A stretch of 58,011 nt of DNA from Candidatus Dojkabacteria bacterium. Its GTDB lineage: Bacteria; Patescibacteriota; Dojkabacteria; SC72; WJKH01. Positions 35,556 through 44,859 of this stretch are shown here, one piece after another. The position numbers were made by a program, and so were the translations under genes. The notes under the pieces are model-generated. The model was not told the origin of the DNA. It did no database searches and was given only the letters and a program-made list of their open reading frames with translations. The stretch spans positions 1 to 58,011 of the forward strand of contig WJKH01000021.1 of NCBI GenBank assembly GCA_014729235.1, read 5' to 3'. The first letter of the stretch is position 1, and each line of letters starts with the position of its first letter.

Positions 35556-38108
35556 TTAGATTTCCGGAGGAGAAAAATACTTCTTTAACCACTCGAGTAA
35601 GAACTTGCCGCCAAAACCTATTCCTCCGAGAACAAGCAGGCCCCCAAGTCCTAGCACGCCGTATTTGACCATAATCATGAGGCTATAACCATCAGTCGGA
35701 GGATTAGCGATAAGATCTTCACCCAATGTAAATTCAATACTCTTGGAAGTTGTATAGTTTGTTTGTGTCCAACTCGTAATATTTACCACTAACCGATAGT
35801 CTCCACCTTTAATAGGGTTAACTACTGCTCTGACACTGTAAGGCTGGTCCTTCACAGTGGAAATATATCGTGGGTGCTCTTCGATAAGCTCAATCCCTGC
35901 AGGAACATCCCAGCTGATTTCAGTGTTTTCAGAAGTTATGTGGGGAGTAAAACTTACGTTTACAGGAATACTTTTGTTCCATACGGACTGAGTCCCGAGT
36001 TCGACCTCGATTTCTGCATTTTCAAAAGCTTGCTCTTGAAGAGGCTCTTGAGTTTGTTCCACACCATCTGGAGTATCCACTTGATCTGTAGTATTTGCTT
36101 GCGCTGACACAGGCAAAACTGAAAAGCTGATTGCAAGCACAGTCATCAAAAGCACAAGTACTGAACGCGACCTTGATTTATGTCTTCTCATACTCATAAA
36201 TTTAACATACCTGCGAAAGATAGTAAATAATACTCCAATGACCGAAATAAACAGCAAAATCGAGATAAGTTTTAAAAGCAAGTTCCACCACCAGTAGTTT
36301 ATAAACTGAATTGAGGCAGTATAATCTCTATCCACTCGCTGCCGAGTCAAATTGTGGACAGCAATAACTCCTTCGAGATCAATTGAGTTATTCATAGATC
36401 TCTGTCGTGGGGAAATTTCAGGAAGTTCATAGTTTATCGGAATATCAAGCTCCTGCCCGGGAACGAGTAGAATATTATTAAAATAGAATAAATTTAATCC
36501 GGGACTTTCAGTAATTTCAAAATCCTTGATTATTGTTGATCCGGTATTTTTTATTGTCAGATATCCTGTTGCTATCGAATCGCTAATTGATATATCATCA
36601 AAATTAAACTGTGCACTGAAATCTGGATTTCTTTCAAAAATGTCTTCAGATGGAGTAAAGGAGTATTCATGAATTGCAGTAACCGGAAGCTTGGGCTTTA
36701 GTGAACTTGTCCCTCGGGATAAAATAGTGATGTGCTCATAAGACTGTTTAGCAAAATAATTTGATTTGGTAAGCAAATCATCAAGCGCAGGATCCAGAAT
36801 TACCCAACCGGAATCCGGCTGCCAAGTCTCGACCCAGTAGTGAAAAAATCCTTCATTGCTAAATTCTCCAGGCACGACATAACCTATACTCATCCGCGCA
36901 GGAATATTGTAGCGTCTCAACAATGCAATAAGCAGGTCTGAATAGTCTTCCGGCTTTGCCTCGCTTTTACGCTCCAATGCAGCATCAGCACCTCCATGAA
37001 CTGATGTAAAGCCCTCATTGTCGGTAGTTATCTGCTTTATTGATAGTCTATCAATTACATAATCATAGGCAATTTTTTGAAACTGTTTGGTATCAGCACT
37101 ATCAACAGTTTTGGACAAATCAAGGCCTCGTTTTTCGGCAAACAGCTCAAATCTACTAAGTTCGGACTCCTGAGCTATTTCCCAATATTTGCTATTTTCA
37201 ATCAAATCGGATCTTAGCGCAAGTTCAATATTGCCAATTTCATCTCCATTCCAATTATAATTAAATGCTACAGTGCCGGTAATTTTGACATCCAGGGCTT
37301 TATTTGGAGGGATATTGTATGAGAGGAATATATTTGAGTCTGCATCTCGATATGTGGTGTCGGGTAGTGGCTCAACATTTTCCAGAGTAATCAACTGATT
37401 GTGATGGTGTTTAGGAAGAGCTATGTCAAAAACCCGGTAACTATTGCTGTCGTTGTTTGCTACGGTTTTTTCAATTGCAAAATCATACGCTACATTTTCA
37501 CCAAAGATTAAAGTCATTTGCTTGCTTGAGCCTATATTGTTGACAGTAATATTGTAATAATCCTGAATTTTCTGAAGCTTGGAATAATTAACTGACAGAT
37601 ACTGAGGTGCCCCAAAATCAGCATTATACGAAATTTCAATTGATTTTGTAGCAATATTAGTTGAAATCTCTGTCGGTAGTATAATTTTTCTAGTGCTCTG
37701 ATTGGCTTGTGAAATAAAATCGTCAACCAGAACTGTGCCGGAGAACTTTACAGGTCTGTCACTCTTAACAACTTCCGAATTCAAATCGAGAATGATGTCA
37801 CTTCCATATTCTTTATCATAAATATTTGACTGAATTGCTGTTCCATCGATGATAAACGTAGATCTTGTGATATTTGTAAAAGGCAAGTTCAACGTGTAAT
37901 AGTTTAACACTGATGGGTAGTCCGAATTATTTGTAACTGTGAAATCAAACTGAATCTCAAGATCTTCAAGATCAAATATGTAGCTCAGATCTACTGAAGC
38001 ACTTACATCACTATCAGCAGCTTGAACTTCACATTGAGTAAACAGAAGAAGCGAAAAACTAGACAGTAGTAATAGAGTTTTCTTTAAAAAGCCAGTCAAA
38101 TTTTTCAT
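35556..38108 (-). CDS. large envelope protein with transglutaminase-like core domain
   Basis: An 850-aa ORF with a signal peptide, internal and C-terminal TM segments, and a TGase-like core LLIALLRRYNIPARMSIGYVV...FHYWVETWQPDSGWVILDPA. Confidence 0.7.
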   Translation of the reverse strand: MKNLTGFLKKTLLLLSSFSLLLFTQCEVQAADSDVSASVDLSYIFDLEDLEIQFDFTVTNNSDYPSVLNYYTLNLPFTNITRSTFIIDGTAIQSNIYDKEYGSDIILDLNSEVVKSDRPVKFSGTVLVDDFISQANQSTRKIILPTEISTNIATKSIEISYNADFGAPQYLSVNYSKLQKIQDYYNITVNNIGSSKQMTLIFGENVAYDFAIEKTVANNDSNSYRVFDIALPKHHHNQLITLENVEPLPDTTYRDADSNIFLSYNIPPNKALDVKITGTVAFNYNWNGDEIGNIELALRSDLIENSKYWEIAQESELSRFELFAEKRGLDLSKTVDSADTKQFQKIAYDYVIDRLSIKQITTDNEGFTSVHGGADAALERKSEAKPEDYSDLLIALLRRYNIPARMSIGYVVPGEFSNEGFFHYWVETWQPDSGWVILDPALDDLLTKSNYFAKQSYEHITILSRGTSSLKPKLPVTAIHEYSFTPSEDIFERNPDFSAQFNFDDISISDSIATGYLTIKNTGSTIIKDFEITESPGLNLFYFNNILLVPGQELDIPINYELPEISPRQRSMNNSIDLEGVIAVHNLTRQRVDRDYTASIQFINYWWWNLLLKLISILLFISVIGVLFTIFRRYVKFMSMRRHKSRSRSVLVLLMTVLAISFSVLPVSAQANTTDQVDTPDGVEQTQEPLQEQAFENAEIEVELGTQSVWNKSIPVNVSFTPHITSENTEISWDVPAGIELIEEHPRYISTVKDQPYSVRAVVNPIKGGDYRLVVNITSWTQTNYTTSKSIEFTLGEDLIANPPTDGYSLMIMVKYGVLGLGGLLVLGGIGFGGKFLLEWLKKYFSPPEI

Positions 38109-38790
38109 ATTTTCTTAGAATTTGCTTAACTATAGGGGTCTTGGGCGAAATATTGTAATCACTTATATTGGAATCCCATTTAAATTTTGTAAAATCTTTA
38201 ATATTTCTGAAACGAGGATTTTTTACAATTGCAGGTTTGGAATTTTTACTAATTATATAATATGGCAACCCTCTCGTGTCACTGTGGGTTTTTCGATTTC
38301 TTCCTTTTATAGTATAAATTTCGGCGACAACTAGAGGTGGATATCTGGTATTGATGAATACCACTGAAGCACCAGCAGGTATAACAATTTTATTTCCGGC
38401 CTTTACTCTGGAGATTAAGGTTGTTTCATCATCATCCAGCAGAAACACTACCATTCCGGCACCATATGCTATTTCGAGTATCTTTGGGTAATTACTTAAC
38501 CGATAAGCGTGAGTCTTCAGAAACTCAATTCCTGCGACACCCCCATCAACTACATAAAAATTAAGTCTCAGCTTTTTCTTTCTCAAAACTTTATTGTGAT
38601 CAAATTGCAGGTATTTATAGTAGAAGATTTCCGGACAATACAAGTCCTGATTTAATAATTGAGATTGCATATTATCTATAGTAAAAGTTTTCACTCTTCT
38701 ATATACAAAATCATTGCTATTAAGACCATCAGGCCCCAGGGTCATTGAGATACCGGCAGTTTTTTTGAGATCGACTGTTCTTTTTATCAT
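38059..38790 (-). CDS. cupin-fold protein resembling archaeal-type (cupin) phosphoglucose isomerase, metal ligands degenerate
   Basis: A 243-aa ORF. LRLNFYVVDGGVAGIEFLKTHAYRL...KILEIAYGAGMVVFLL...VKAGNKIVIPAGASVVFINT...AIVKNPRF parallels the cPGI layout (GHFH...E...H...NPRW). THAY replaces GHFH and the distal His is missing. Confidence 0.4.
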   Translation of the reverse strand: MIKRTVDLKKTAGISMTLGPDGLNSNDFVYRRVKTFTIDNMQSQLLNQDLYCPEIFYYKYLQFDHNKVLRKKKLRLNFYVVDGGVAGIEFLKTHAYRLSNYPKILEIAYGAGMVVFLLDDDETTLISRVKAGNKIVIPAGASVVFINTRYPPLVVAEIYTIKGRNRKTHSDTRGLPYYIISKNSKPAIVKNPRFRNIKDFTKFKWDSNISDYNISPKTPIVKQILRKYEKFDWLFKENSITTV

Positions 38791-39119
38791 AATGATAAAG
38801 CTTTAATTAATTCAACTAAAATAAAAGCCAATACTAAATACAGAAATATCGCTAGAATTGCCAGGGTATCGATATACAGATTGCCGAGACTCACGGGATT
38901 TACAGCAAGACCTGAGAATGGCCTCAATATAAAATCGCTGATCAAATAAATAAATTTAGGAAAAGAGCTCTCTCCACTGGCTGAAATAAGTTTCAATATA
39001 AAGCGGAGACCAAGTACAGCTTCAAAAATCATAAGTGTAGCGTATGCAATTTTTGCTAAAACTTTAATCAATCGCATATTTTCAGCTGTAAATTTATCAA
39101 AAAATCGTTTCGCAGGCAA
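38787..39119 (-). CDS. YggT-like small membrane protein
   Basis: A 110-aa ORF with two TM helices and a central SDFILRPF segment. Its stop overlaps the next start (ATGA at 38787-38790). Confidence 0.5.
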   Translation of the reverse strand: MPAKRFFDKFTAENMRLIKVLAKIAYATLMIFEAVLGLRFILKLISASGESSFPKFIYLISDFILRPFSGLAVNPVSLGNLYIDTLAILAIFLYLVLAFILVELIKALSL

Positions 39120-39156
39120 AAAATCTATTTTAACTCTAAGTTTCCCTGCAAATTTT

Positions 39157-39828
39157 CTAATTTCCTAGATTATCTAAGTAGTAGTCAAGCTCAATCATAT
39201 AGGAAGATACCCCATTTGCCCAAACGTGATCCCCTGTAGCACCACAAGGAGGACAATAAGTACTTTCAATATCGTACGGAGTAAGATTCGTCCCATAACC
39301 TTGGGCTAAACCCTGGGTTACAGTTTCAATCCCGGTCCGCCAACTTTGCCACTTGGTAAAAGTTCCACCCGGTCCACCACGCCAACCCCACGCATTGTTT
39401 GATCCAACAGGAGCCAAATTTCCGAATGCAGTTTCTACACCGGATATTGATGCAACCATTCTCCAGTCAAGTGAATGTTCATCTGCGTAGTAAACAAAAG
39501 CATCTGCGTATGGATACATCGGAGAACCGTAATCTATAAGAAAACTCCGCATAGCAACAACTCTAGGGTCCGAAAAGCTAAAATTTGAAGATCCTGTAAG
39601 AAAGTTATCTTCTGAAATTGAAAGATTTGACGATATTGAGGTATCAAAATTATATGCCTGACTTAGAGGTGTCATAACATTTACTGCACGCCTCTTTCCA
39701 AAGATCAGATTTGAAAGCAGGGCTTTCTCTATCTGATACTCGAAAGTTCTGCTTAAAGTAAATGAGTATAAGACAATGCAAATAACCAGCATCAAGTTTT
39801 GTATTAGTAACTTGGTTTTTCTATCCAT
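39157..39828 (-). CDS. membrane-anchored protein with glucosaminidase/lysozyme-like C-terminal domain (tentative)
   Basis: A 223-aa ORF with an N-terminal TM helix. ISGVETAFGNLAPVGSNNAWGW resembles the GH73-type ESGWG...NNxFG motif. Confidence 0.45.
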   Translation of the reverse strand: MDRKTKLLIQNLMLVICIVLYSFTLSRTFEYQIEKALLSNLIFGKRRAVNVMTPLSQAYNFDTSISSNLSISEDNFLTGSSNFSFSDPRVVAMRSFLIDYGSPMYPYADAFVYYADEHSLDWRMVASISGVETAFGNLAPVGSNNAWGWRGGPGGTFTKWQSWRTGIETVTQGLAQGYGTNLTPYDIESTYCPPCGATGDHVWANGVSSYMIELDYYLDNLGN

Positions 39829-39874
39829 AGAATTGTCGAAAGTATAACATGAACAGCCAAAACCTCCAACTTTT

Positions 39875-39903
39875 TTGTCATAGAATAAAATGATCTGTAT
39901 AAT
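39875..39903 (+). promoter_or_regulatory. near-consensus sigma70 promoter with extended -10; leaderless dnaE mRNA predicted
   Basis: TTGTCA (39875-39880), a 17-nt spacer, then TGTATAAT (39896-39903). The dnaE ATG at 39910 lies 6 nt after the -10 box. Confidence 0.6.
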
Positions 39904-39909
39904 TCAACC

Positions 39910-42900
39910 ATGTTTACCCACCTACACTTACATACTGATTACTCGCTGCTTGACGGCGTGTCGCAGATTAAAGATGTAATCGACAAAGTCAAGTCTTCAG
40001 GCATGAAATCGTGTGCAATAACAGATCATGGAAATCTTTATGGAGCCTACAAATTTATAAAGGCAGCTAAGGCTCAAGACATAAAACCTATTATTGGATG
40101 CGAGCTCTATATAGCACCCAGATCCATGAATCAAAAAGAGTATGGAATTGATAATAAATACTTTCATTTGGTCGTTTTAGCTCAAAATCTGATCGGCTAC
40201 AAGAATTTAATTAAGCTAGTTTCACGTGGACATACAGAAGGCTTTTACTACAAACCCCGAGTTGATTTCAAAACCCTCAGCAAACATGCAGAAGGTTTGA
40301 TCGCGTTAACAGCCTGCCTTGGAGGAATTTTAAGCAGACCACTCAGCAATGGGAATAAAAAGTTAGCTATGAAGCATGCGGAAGAATACTCTGAATTATT
40401 TAAAGACAGATTTTTTATCGAAATCCAGAGAAATGGAATAGCCGAGCAAAAACCAGTAAACAAAGAACTCCTGAAAATTGCTAGAGAAAAAAATCTGCCA
40501 ATTGTCGCTACATGTGACTCGCATTTCATTGATAAAGACGATTATGAGCTGCAGGAGATTCTCTGGGCTATAAGAGATGGTAAGGTTATGACTGATCCTA
40601 CTCGAGCAAAACTTGAATCACAGGAGTTTTATGTAAAAACTTCTGAAGAGATGGAAAAGCTTTTTGAAGATCTCCCCGAAGCGATTGAAAACACTCAGAA
40701 AATAGCTGACATGGTTGAAAAATATAGTATTGAGTTTGGCAGAGTTGAACCGGTATTTGAAGATCTGCCAAAAGGTATGAATTCAGCTGAGTATCTCAGA
40801 CAACTCACTTACGAAGGTGCTGAAAAAATCTACGGCAAGCTTGATAATGACACCAAAGATAGAATTGATTACGAACTCAAGGTAATTGATGACAAAGGTT
40901 ATAATGATTATTTCCTAATAGTTCGGGACTTTGCTGAGTACTGCCACGAAAACGGTATCGTTATAGGCATGAGAGGATCAGGCTGCGGTTCTGTTGTTGC
41001 TTACGCCATAGGAATTACTCACGTAGAGCCATTTAAATGGCAGCTTTACTTTGAGAGATTTCTTAACTATGAAAGGGCCAATCCCCCCGATTTTGATATT
41101 GATGTAGCCGACGATCGAAGAGATGAACTAATTAATTACACGATTGAGAAATTTGGAGAAGACTGCGTAAAACAAATTGGGACCTTTAGTAAACTCCAGA
41201 CAAAACAGGCAATTAGGGACGTCTCGAGAGTACTTGATATAGATCTGGCAATAGCAGACAGTTTGTCAAAAATGGTAGAAGTAGTTTTTGGGAAGTCAAA
41301 ACCAATTGATTATATGATTGAAAACAACAAGGAATTTGCCGATATTATCAACTCATCTCCAGACCTGATGCGAATGTCGGATATTGTAAGAAAAATAACC
41401 GGAGTTAAACGTGGTGTATCAACTCACGCTTGCGGCATTCTTATAACCCCCAAGCCTGTTGTAGAGTATGTTCCGATCCAAAATGATGCCCATGGAGGTG
41501 GAATTGGAATGTCCCAATATGAGATGTTTGATGTTGAGCCTGTCGGATTGATGAAGTTTGACTTTCTTGGCTTGAAAAACCTGGCAGTGATAGGGAGATG
41601 CCTGGACCTGGTTGAAAAAGAAAAGGGAGAGAGAATTGACATTCACAAACTCGATTTTCAGGACCCTAAAGTATTTGAACTTCTCGGGAGAGGACATACA
41701 GTCGGTATTTTTCAATTAGAAAGCGAGGGAATGAGGCGGGTATTGTCAGATATTAATCCGGACTCAATTGAAGAAATCTGCTATTTACTGGCTGCATATC
41801 GCCCGGGGCCGATGGAATTTATACCTGATTATGTTGGAGTCAAAAACGGAACTCAGGAGCCTGATTATATTGTCCCAGAACTAAAGCCGATATTAGAAGT
41901 TACAAATGGTGTTATCACGTACCAAGAGCAAATCATGAAGATTTTAGCAGTAATTGCCGACTACAGCCTGGGAGAAGCGAGTGTCGTGATGAAATCCATG
42001 AGTAAAAAGATCATGGAAAAGGTTGAAAAAGAGAAACCACGATTTTTTGAGGGCGGCAAGAAAAATGGATTTGATGAAAAATCTCTTGATATTATCTGGG
42101 AGCGACTACTAAAATTTGCCAATTATGGTTTCAATAAGGCTCACAGCTCATCCTACGCACACGTAACCTACTGGACTGCATACTTAAAATCCCACTATCC
42201 GGAAGAATTTATGGCTGCACTACTGGAATCAGATTTAGATAATTTTGACAGACTTGTGATAGATTTAGCTGAATGTAAAAGACTGGGTATTGATGTACTA
42301 CCGCCGGATATCAACAAAAGCAGCTTCAGATTTGTTAAAGAAGGCGACCGGCAAATCAGATTTGGACTAGCTGCAATCAAAAACGTGGGCGAGGATATCT
42401 GCGCTGATATTGTTCAAATGCGAGATGAGAAAGGGCCTTTCCGCAATCTAGATGATTTTATTTACCGGACGATTCCCTTAAAAACAACTAAACGAACAAT
42501 TGAGTACTTTATCCAGGCAGGAGCTATGGATAAATGGGGTGAGAGAGAAGCTCTTCTGAGAATCTTTCCGGATCTGTACGATCGTTACAAAAAGCAAAGA
42601 GATGTCGAGAAACAGGGGCAAATCGGACTATTTTCAACTGATGGCAAACCAAAAGATATAATTGAAACAGCTTCACCGGTTCCTGTGATAGACAATATTC
42701 GTCCCTTTCAGAAATTGCAATGGGAAAAGGAATTGCTGGGATTGTATTTATCAAGTCATCCTCTCGATCAGTTTGAAGAGATTTTCGCAGAGAAAGGTGT
42801 TACACCTATTTCACAAATTTCAGAAGATCATGTCAATAAATTCGTTATAGTAGGCGGCAACATTACAAATATCCGTCGAATTACAACCAGAAAAGGAGAT

Positions 42901-43302
42901 AATATGGCTTTTATCACGCTTGAAGATAAGACGGGCACACTTGACATTGTATCATTTCCCAACAATTACGAACTTATCCGCGACGAACTCAAGGAAGAAG
43001 TTCCAGTGCTGATTGCAGGGAAAGTTAATGATAGAGATGACCAATTGAGCTTAATTGCACGCAAAGTCAAAGCCCTTGATCCTGAAAAACATACAAACAA
43101 ATTTGATGGCATAATATTTCGAATTCGCCCCCAACACACAGAAAACCAGATTAAAAAGCTCAAAGATGCCATTAGAGCAAATAATGGTGCTAAACAGGTT
43201 AAAATTATTACCTATACTCAAGCTTCTGTTAAAAGTATATTGCTTAAGCACACAATTGAGATTAATCCGGAAATTGAGAATTTAATAGAAATTTTCCGAT
43301 GA
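39910..43302 (+). CDS. dnaE: DNA polymerase III alpha subunit
   Basis: A 1130-aa ORF with the PHP domain start FTHLHLHTDYSLLDG, the polymerase core and an OB fold. The TGA stop overlaps the uvrC ATG. Confidence 0.95.
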   Translation: MFTHLHLHTDYSLLDGVSQIKDVIDKVKSSGMKSCAITDHGNLYGAYKFIKAAKAQDIKPIIGCELYIAPRSMNQKEYGIDNKYFHLVVLAQNLIGYKNLIKLVSRGHTEGFYYKPRVDFKTLSKHAEGLIALTACLGGILSRPLSNGNKKLAMKHAEEYSELFKDRFFIEIQRNGIAEQKPVNKELLKIAREKNLPIVATCDSHFIDKDDYELQEILWAIRDGKVMTDPTRAKLESQEFYVKTSEEMEKLFEDLPEAIENTQKIADMVEKYSIEFGRVEPVFEDLPKGMNSAEYLRQLTYEGAEKIYGKLDNDTKDRIDYELKVIDDKGYNDYFLIVRDFAEYCHENGIVIGMRGSGCGSVVAYAIGITHVEPFKWQLYFERFLNYERANPPDFDIDVADDRRDELINYTIEKFGEDCVKQIGTFSKLQTKQAIRDVSRVLDIDLAIADSLSKMVEVVFGKSKPIDYMIENNKEFADIINSSPDLMRMSDIVRKITGVKRGVSTHACGILITPKPVVEYVPIQNDAHGGGIGMSQYEMFDVEPVGLMKFDFLGLKNLAVIGRCLDLVEKEKGERIDIHKLDFQDPKVFELLGRGHTVGIFQLESEGMRRVLSDINPDSIEEICYLLAAYRPGPMEFIPDYVGVKNGTQEPDYIVPELKPILEVTNGVITYQEQIMKILAVIADYSLGEASVVMKSMSKKIMEKVEKEKPRFFEGGKKNGFDEKSLDIIWERLLKFANYGFNKAHSSSYAHVTYWTAYLKSHYPEEFMAALLESDLDNFDRLVIDLAECKRLGIDVLPPDINKSSFRFVKEGDRQIRFGLAAIKNVGEDICADIVQMRDEKGPFRNLDDFIYRTIPLKTTKRTIEYFIQAGAMDKWGEREALLRIFPDLYDRYKKQRDVEKQGQIGLFSTDGKPKDIIETASPVPVIDNIRPFQKLQWEKELLGLYLSSHPLDQFEEIFAEKGVTPISQISEDHVNKFVIVGGNITNIRRITTRKGDNMAFITLEDKTGTLDIVSFPNNYELIRDELKEEVPVLIAGKVNDRDDQLSLIARKVKALDPEKHTNKFDGIIFRIRPQHTENQIKKLKDAIRANNGAKQVKIITYTQASVKSILLKHTIEINPEIENLIEIFR

Positions 43303-44804
43303 AAATTGATTTCGAGATTGCTAAACAACTAGAGAAAGTTCCCAGAAGTTACGGTATATACAAGTTCTTCGATGTTGAGGCCAAAATTCTTTATATCGGG
43401 AAAGCCAATAATCTCAAAAGCAGAGTAACTTCATATTTTCAGGACGAGCACCTGGATCGTCCTACGATTATCCCAATGATCCCTTTGATCGCAAAGATCC
43501 AGACCATCGAAACTGCAAATGAAATTGAGGCTCTGATTCTGGAAGCAGCTTTGATAAAACAGTACAATCCGCCCTACAACATAATGTTAAAAGATGATAA
43601 GTCGTATGCCTGGATTTATATATCAAATCGTAAAAAAATCCCCCAAGTCAAAGTTGTCAGATCAATAAATAAAAATGAATACAAGAGTGGTCGGCTGTTT
43701 GGTCCTTATCCACGTGGCAATGCTACAAAAAGACTTTTTTCATATATCCGCAAGCTTTACCCATTTTGCAACTGCAAAAATGATCGTGAAGAGCTTCTGT
43801 ATTACCAAATGGGGTTGTGTCCGGGACCAAATATCGGCAAAGTGTCACCTGAAGAGTATAAAGAAAACATTCGTGATTTAATTAAATTTTTGAGTGGACG
43901 TAAAAAATCTCCAATTAAAGACCTGGAAAAGAAAATGAAAAGCTATGCAGCAGATAATGATTTTGAAAAAGCTGCAGAGCTCAGAGACAGAATTAATGAC
44001 ATAAAATATCTCACTGACAAACTTGAAATAGGGTATGTTGAAACGGAACAGGATTTTTTAAAAAAGCAGCGGGAAATTTTCAAGCAGGAAATCACAAAAC
44101 TTTCGAGCGAACTTGGATACAATGCAATAAATAGAATAGAGTGCTACGATATATCAAATATCCAAGGAAAGTTAGCATATGGTTCAATGGTTGTTTACCA
44201 AAACGGGCAAATCCGTAAAGATCATTACAGAATCTTCAAAATACGGACTATTAAATCAGCAGATGACCCCAAAATGCTTCATGAAACAGTTTCACGGCGT
44301 CTAAAACACGTAGCAATTAGTTCCGATGATGAAAGCTTAAATTCAAAACCAGATTTAATCCTTATTGACGGAGGAAAGACTCAATTATCTGCTCTTGATA
44401 AAGTAGTTCCAGGTGATATTTTGCTTTTAGGCATAACTAAAGGTCGCAAATACAAGCGAAAGGGCAAACGTCAGAAAGATGAGTTCTGGCTTCGGAAAAT
44501 GCCAAACTCTAATAACCAGGAAGCCTCGTCAATTTCACAGATTAAGCTGAAAAACATCAAAATTCTTGTAAATCTACGCGACGAGGCTCATCGATTTGCT
44601 GTGAAACATCACAGAATCGGCCGCAAACTTGATAAACAGAAATCGATTCTAGACTCAATTCCAGGTGTCGGACCCGTTCGCAAAAAAAAGCTCCTTAAAA
44701 AATTCGGTTCAGTAAAAAACATCGCAGCGGCATCTTTTGAAGAGATTAATTCTGTAATCAATGATACTGGGGTTTCTCTGCGTGTTGTAAAAATGATCAG
44801 ATGA
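43299..44804 (+). CDS. uvrC: excinuclease ABC subunit C (compact, 501 aa)
   Basis: It has GIY-YIG (GIYKFF...ILYIGKANNLKSRV), a UVR domain (DFEKAAELRDRINDIKYL), RNase-H-like RIECYDISNIQG, and a C-terminal HhH (IPGVGPVRKKKLLKKFGS). Confidence 0.9.
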   Translation: MKIDFEIAKQLEKVPRSYGIYKFFDVEAKILYIGKANNLKSRVTSYFQDEHLDRPTIIPMIPLIAKIQTIETANEIEALILEAALIKQYNPPYNIMLKDDKSYAWIYISNRKKIPQVKVVRSINKNEYKSGRLFGPYPRGNATKRLFSYIRKLYPFCNCKNDREELLYYQMGLCPGPNIGKVSPEEYKENIRDLIKFLSGRKKSPIKDLEKKMKSYAADNDFEKAAELRDRINDIKYLTDKLEIGYVETEQDFLKKQREIFKQEITKLSSELGYNAINRIECYDISNIQGKLAYGSMVVYQNGQIRKDHYRIFKIRTIKSADDPKMLHETVSRRLKHVAISSDDESLNSKPDLILIDGGKTQLSALDKVVPGDILLLGITKGRKYKRKGKRQKDEFWLRKMPNSNNQEASSISQIKLKNIKILVNLRDEAHRFAVKHHRIGRKLDKQKSILDSIPGVGPVRKKKLLKKFGSVKNIAAASFEEINSVINDTGVSLRVVKMIR

Positions 44805-44859
44805 CAGAATTCTATAATAGCGGATTCAGATTAGTAGGCTAGGCTACACTCGTAATTGG

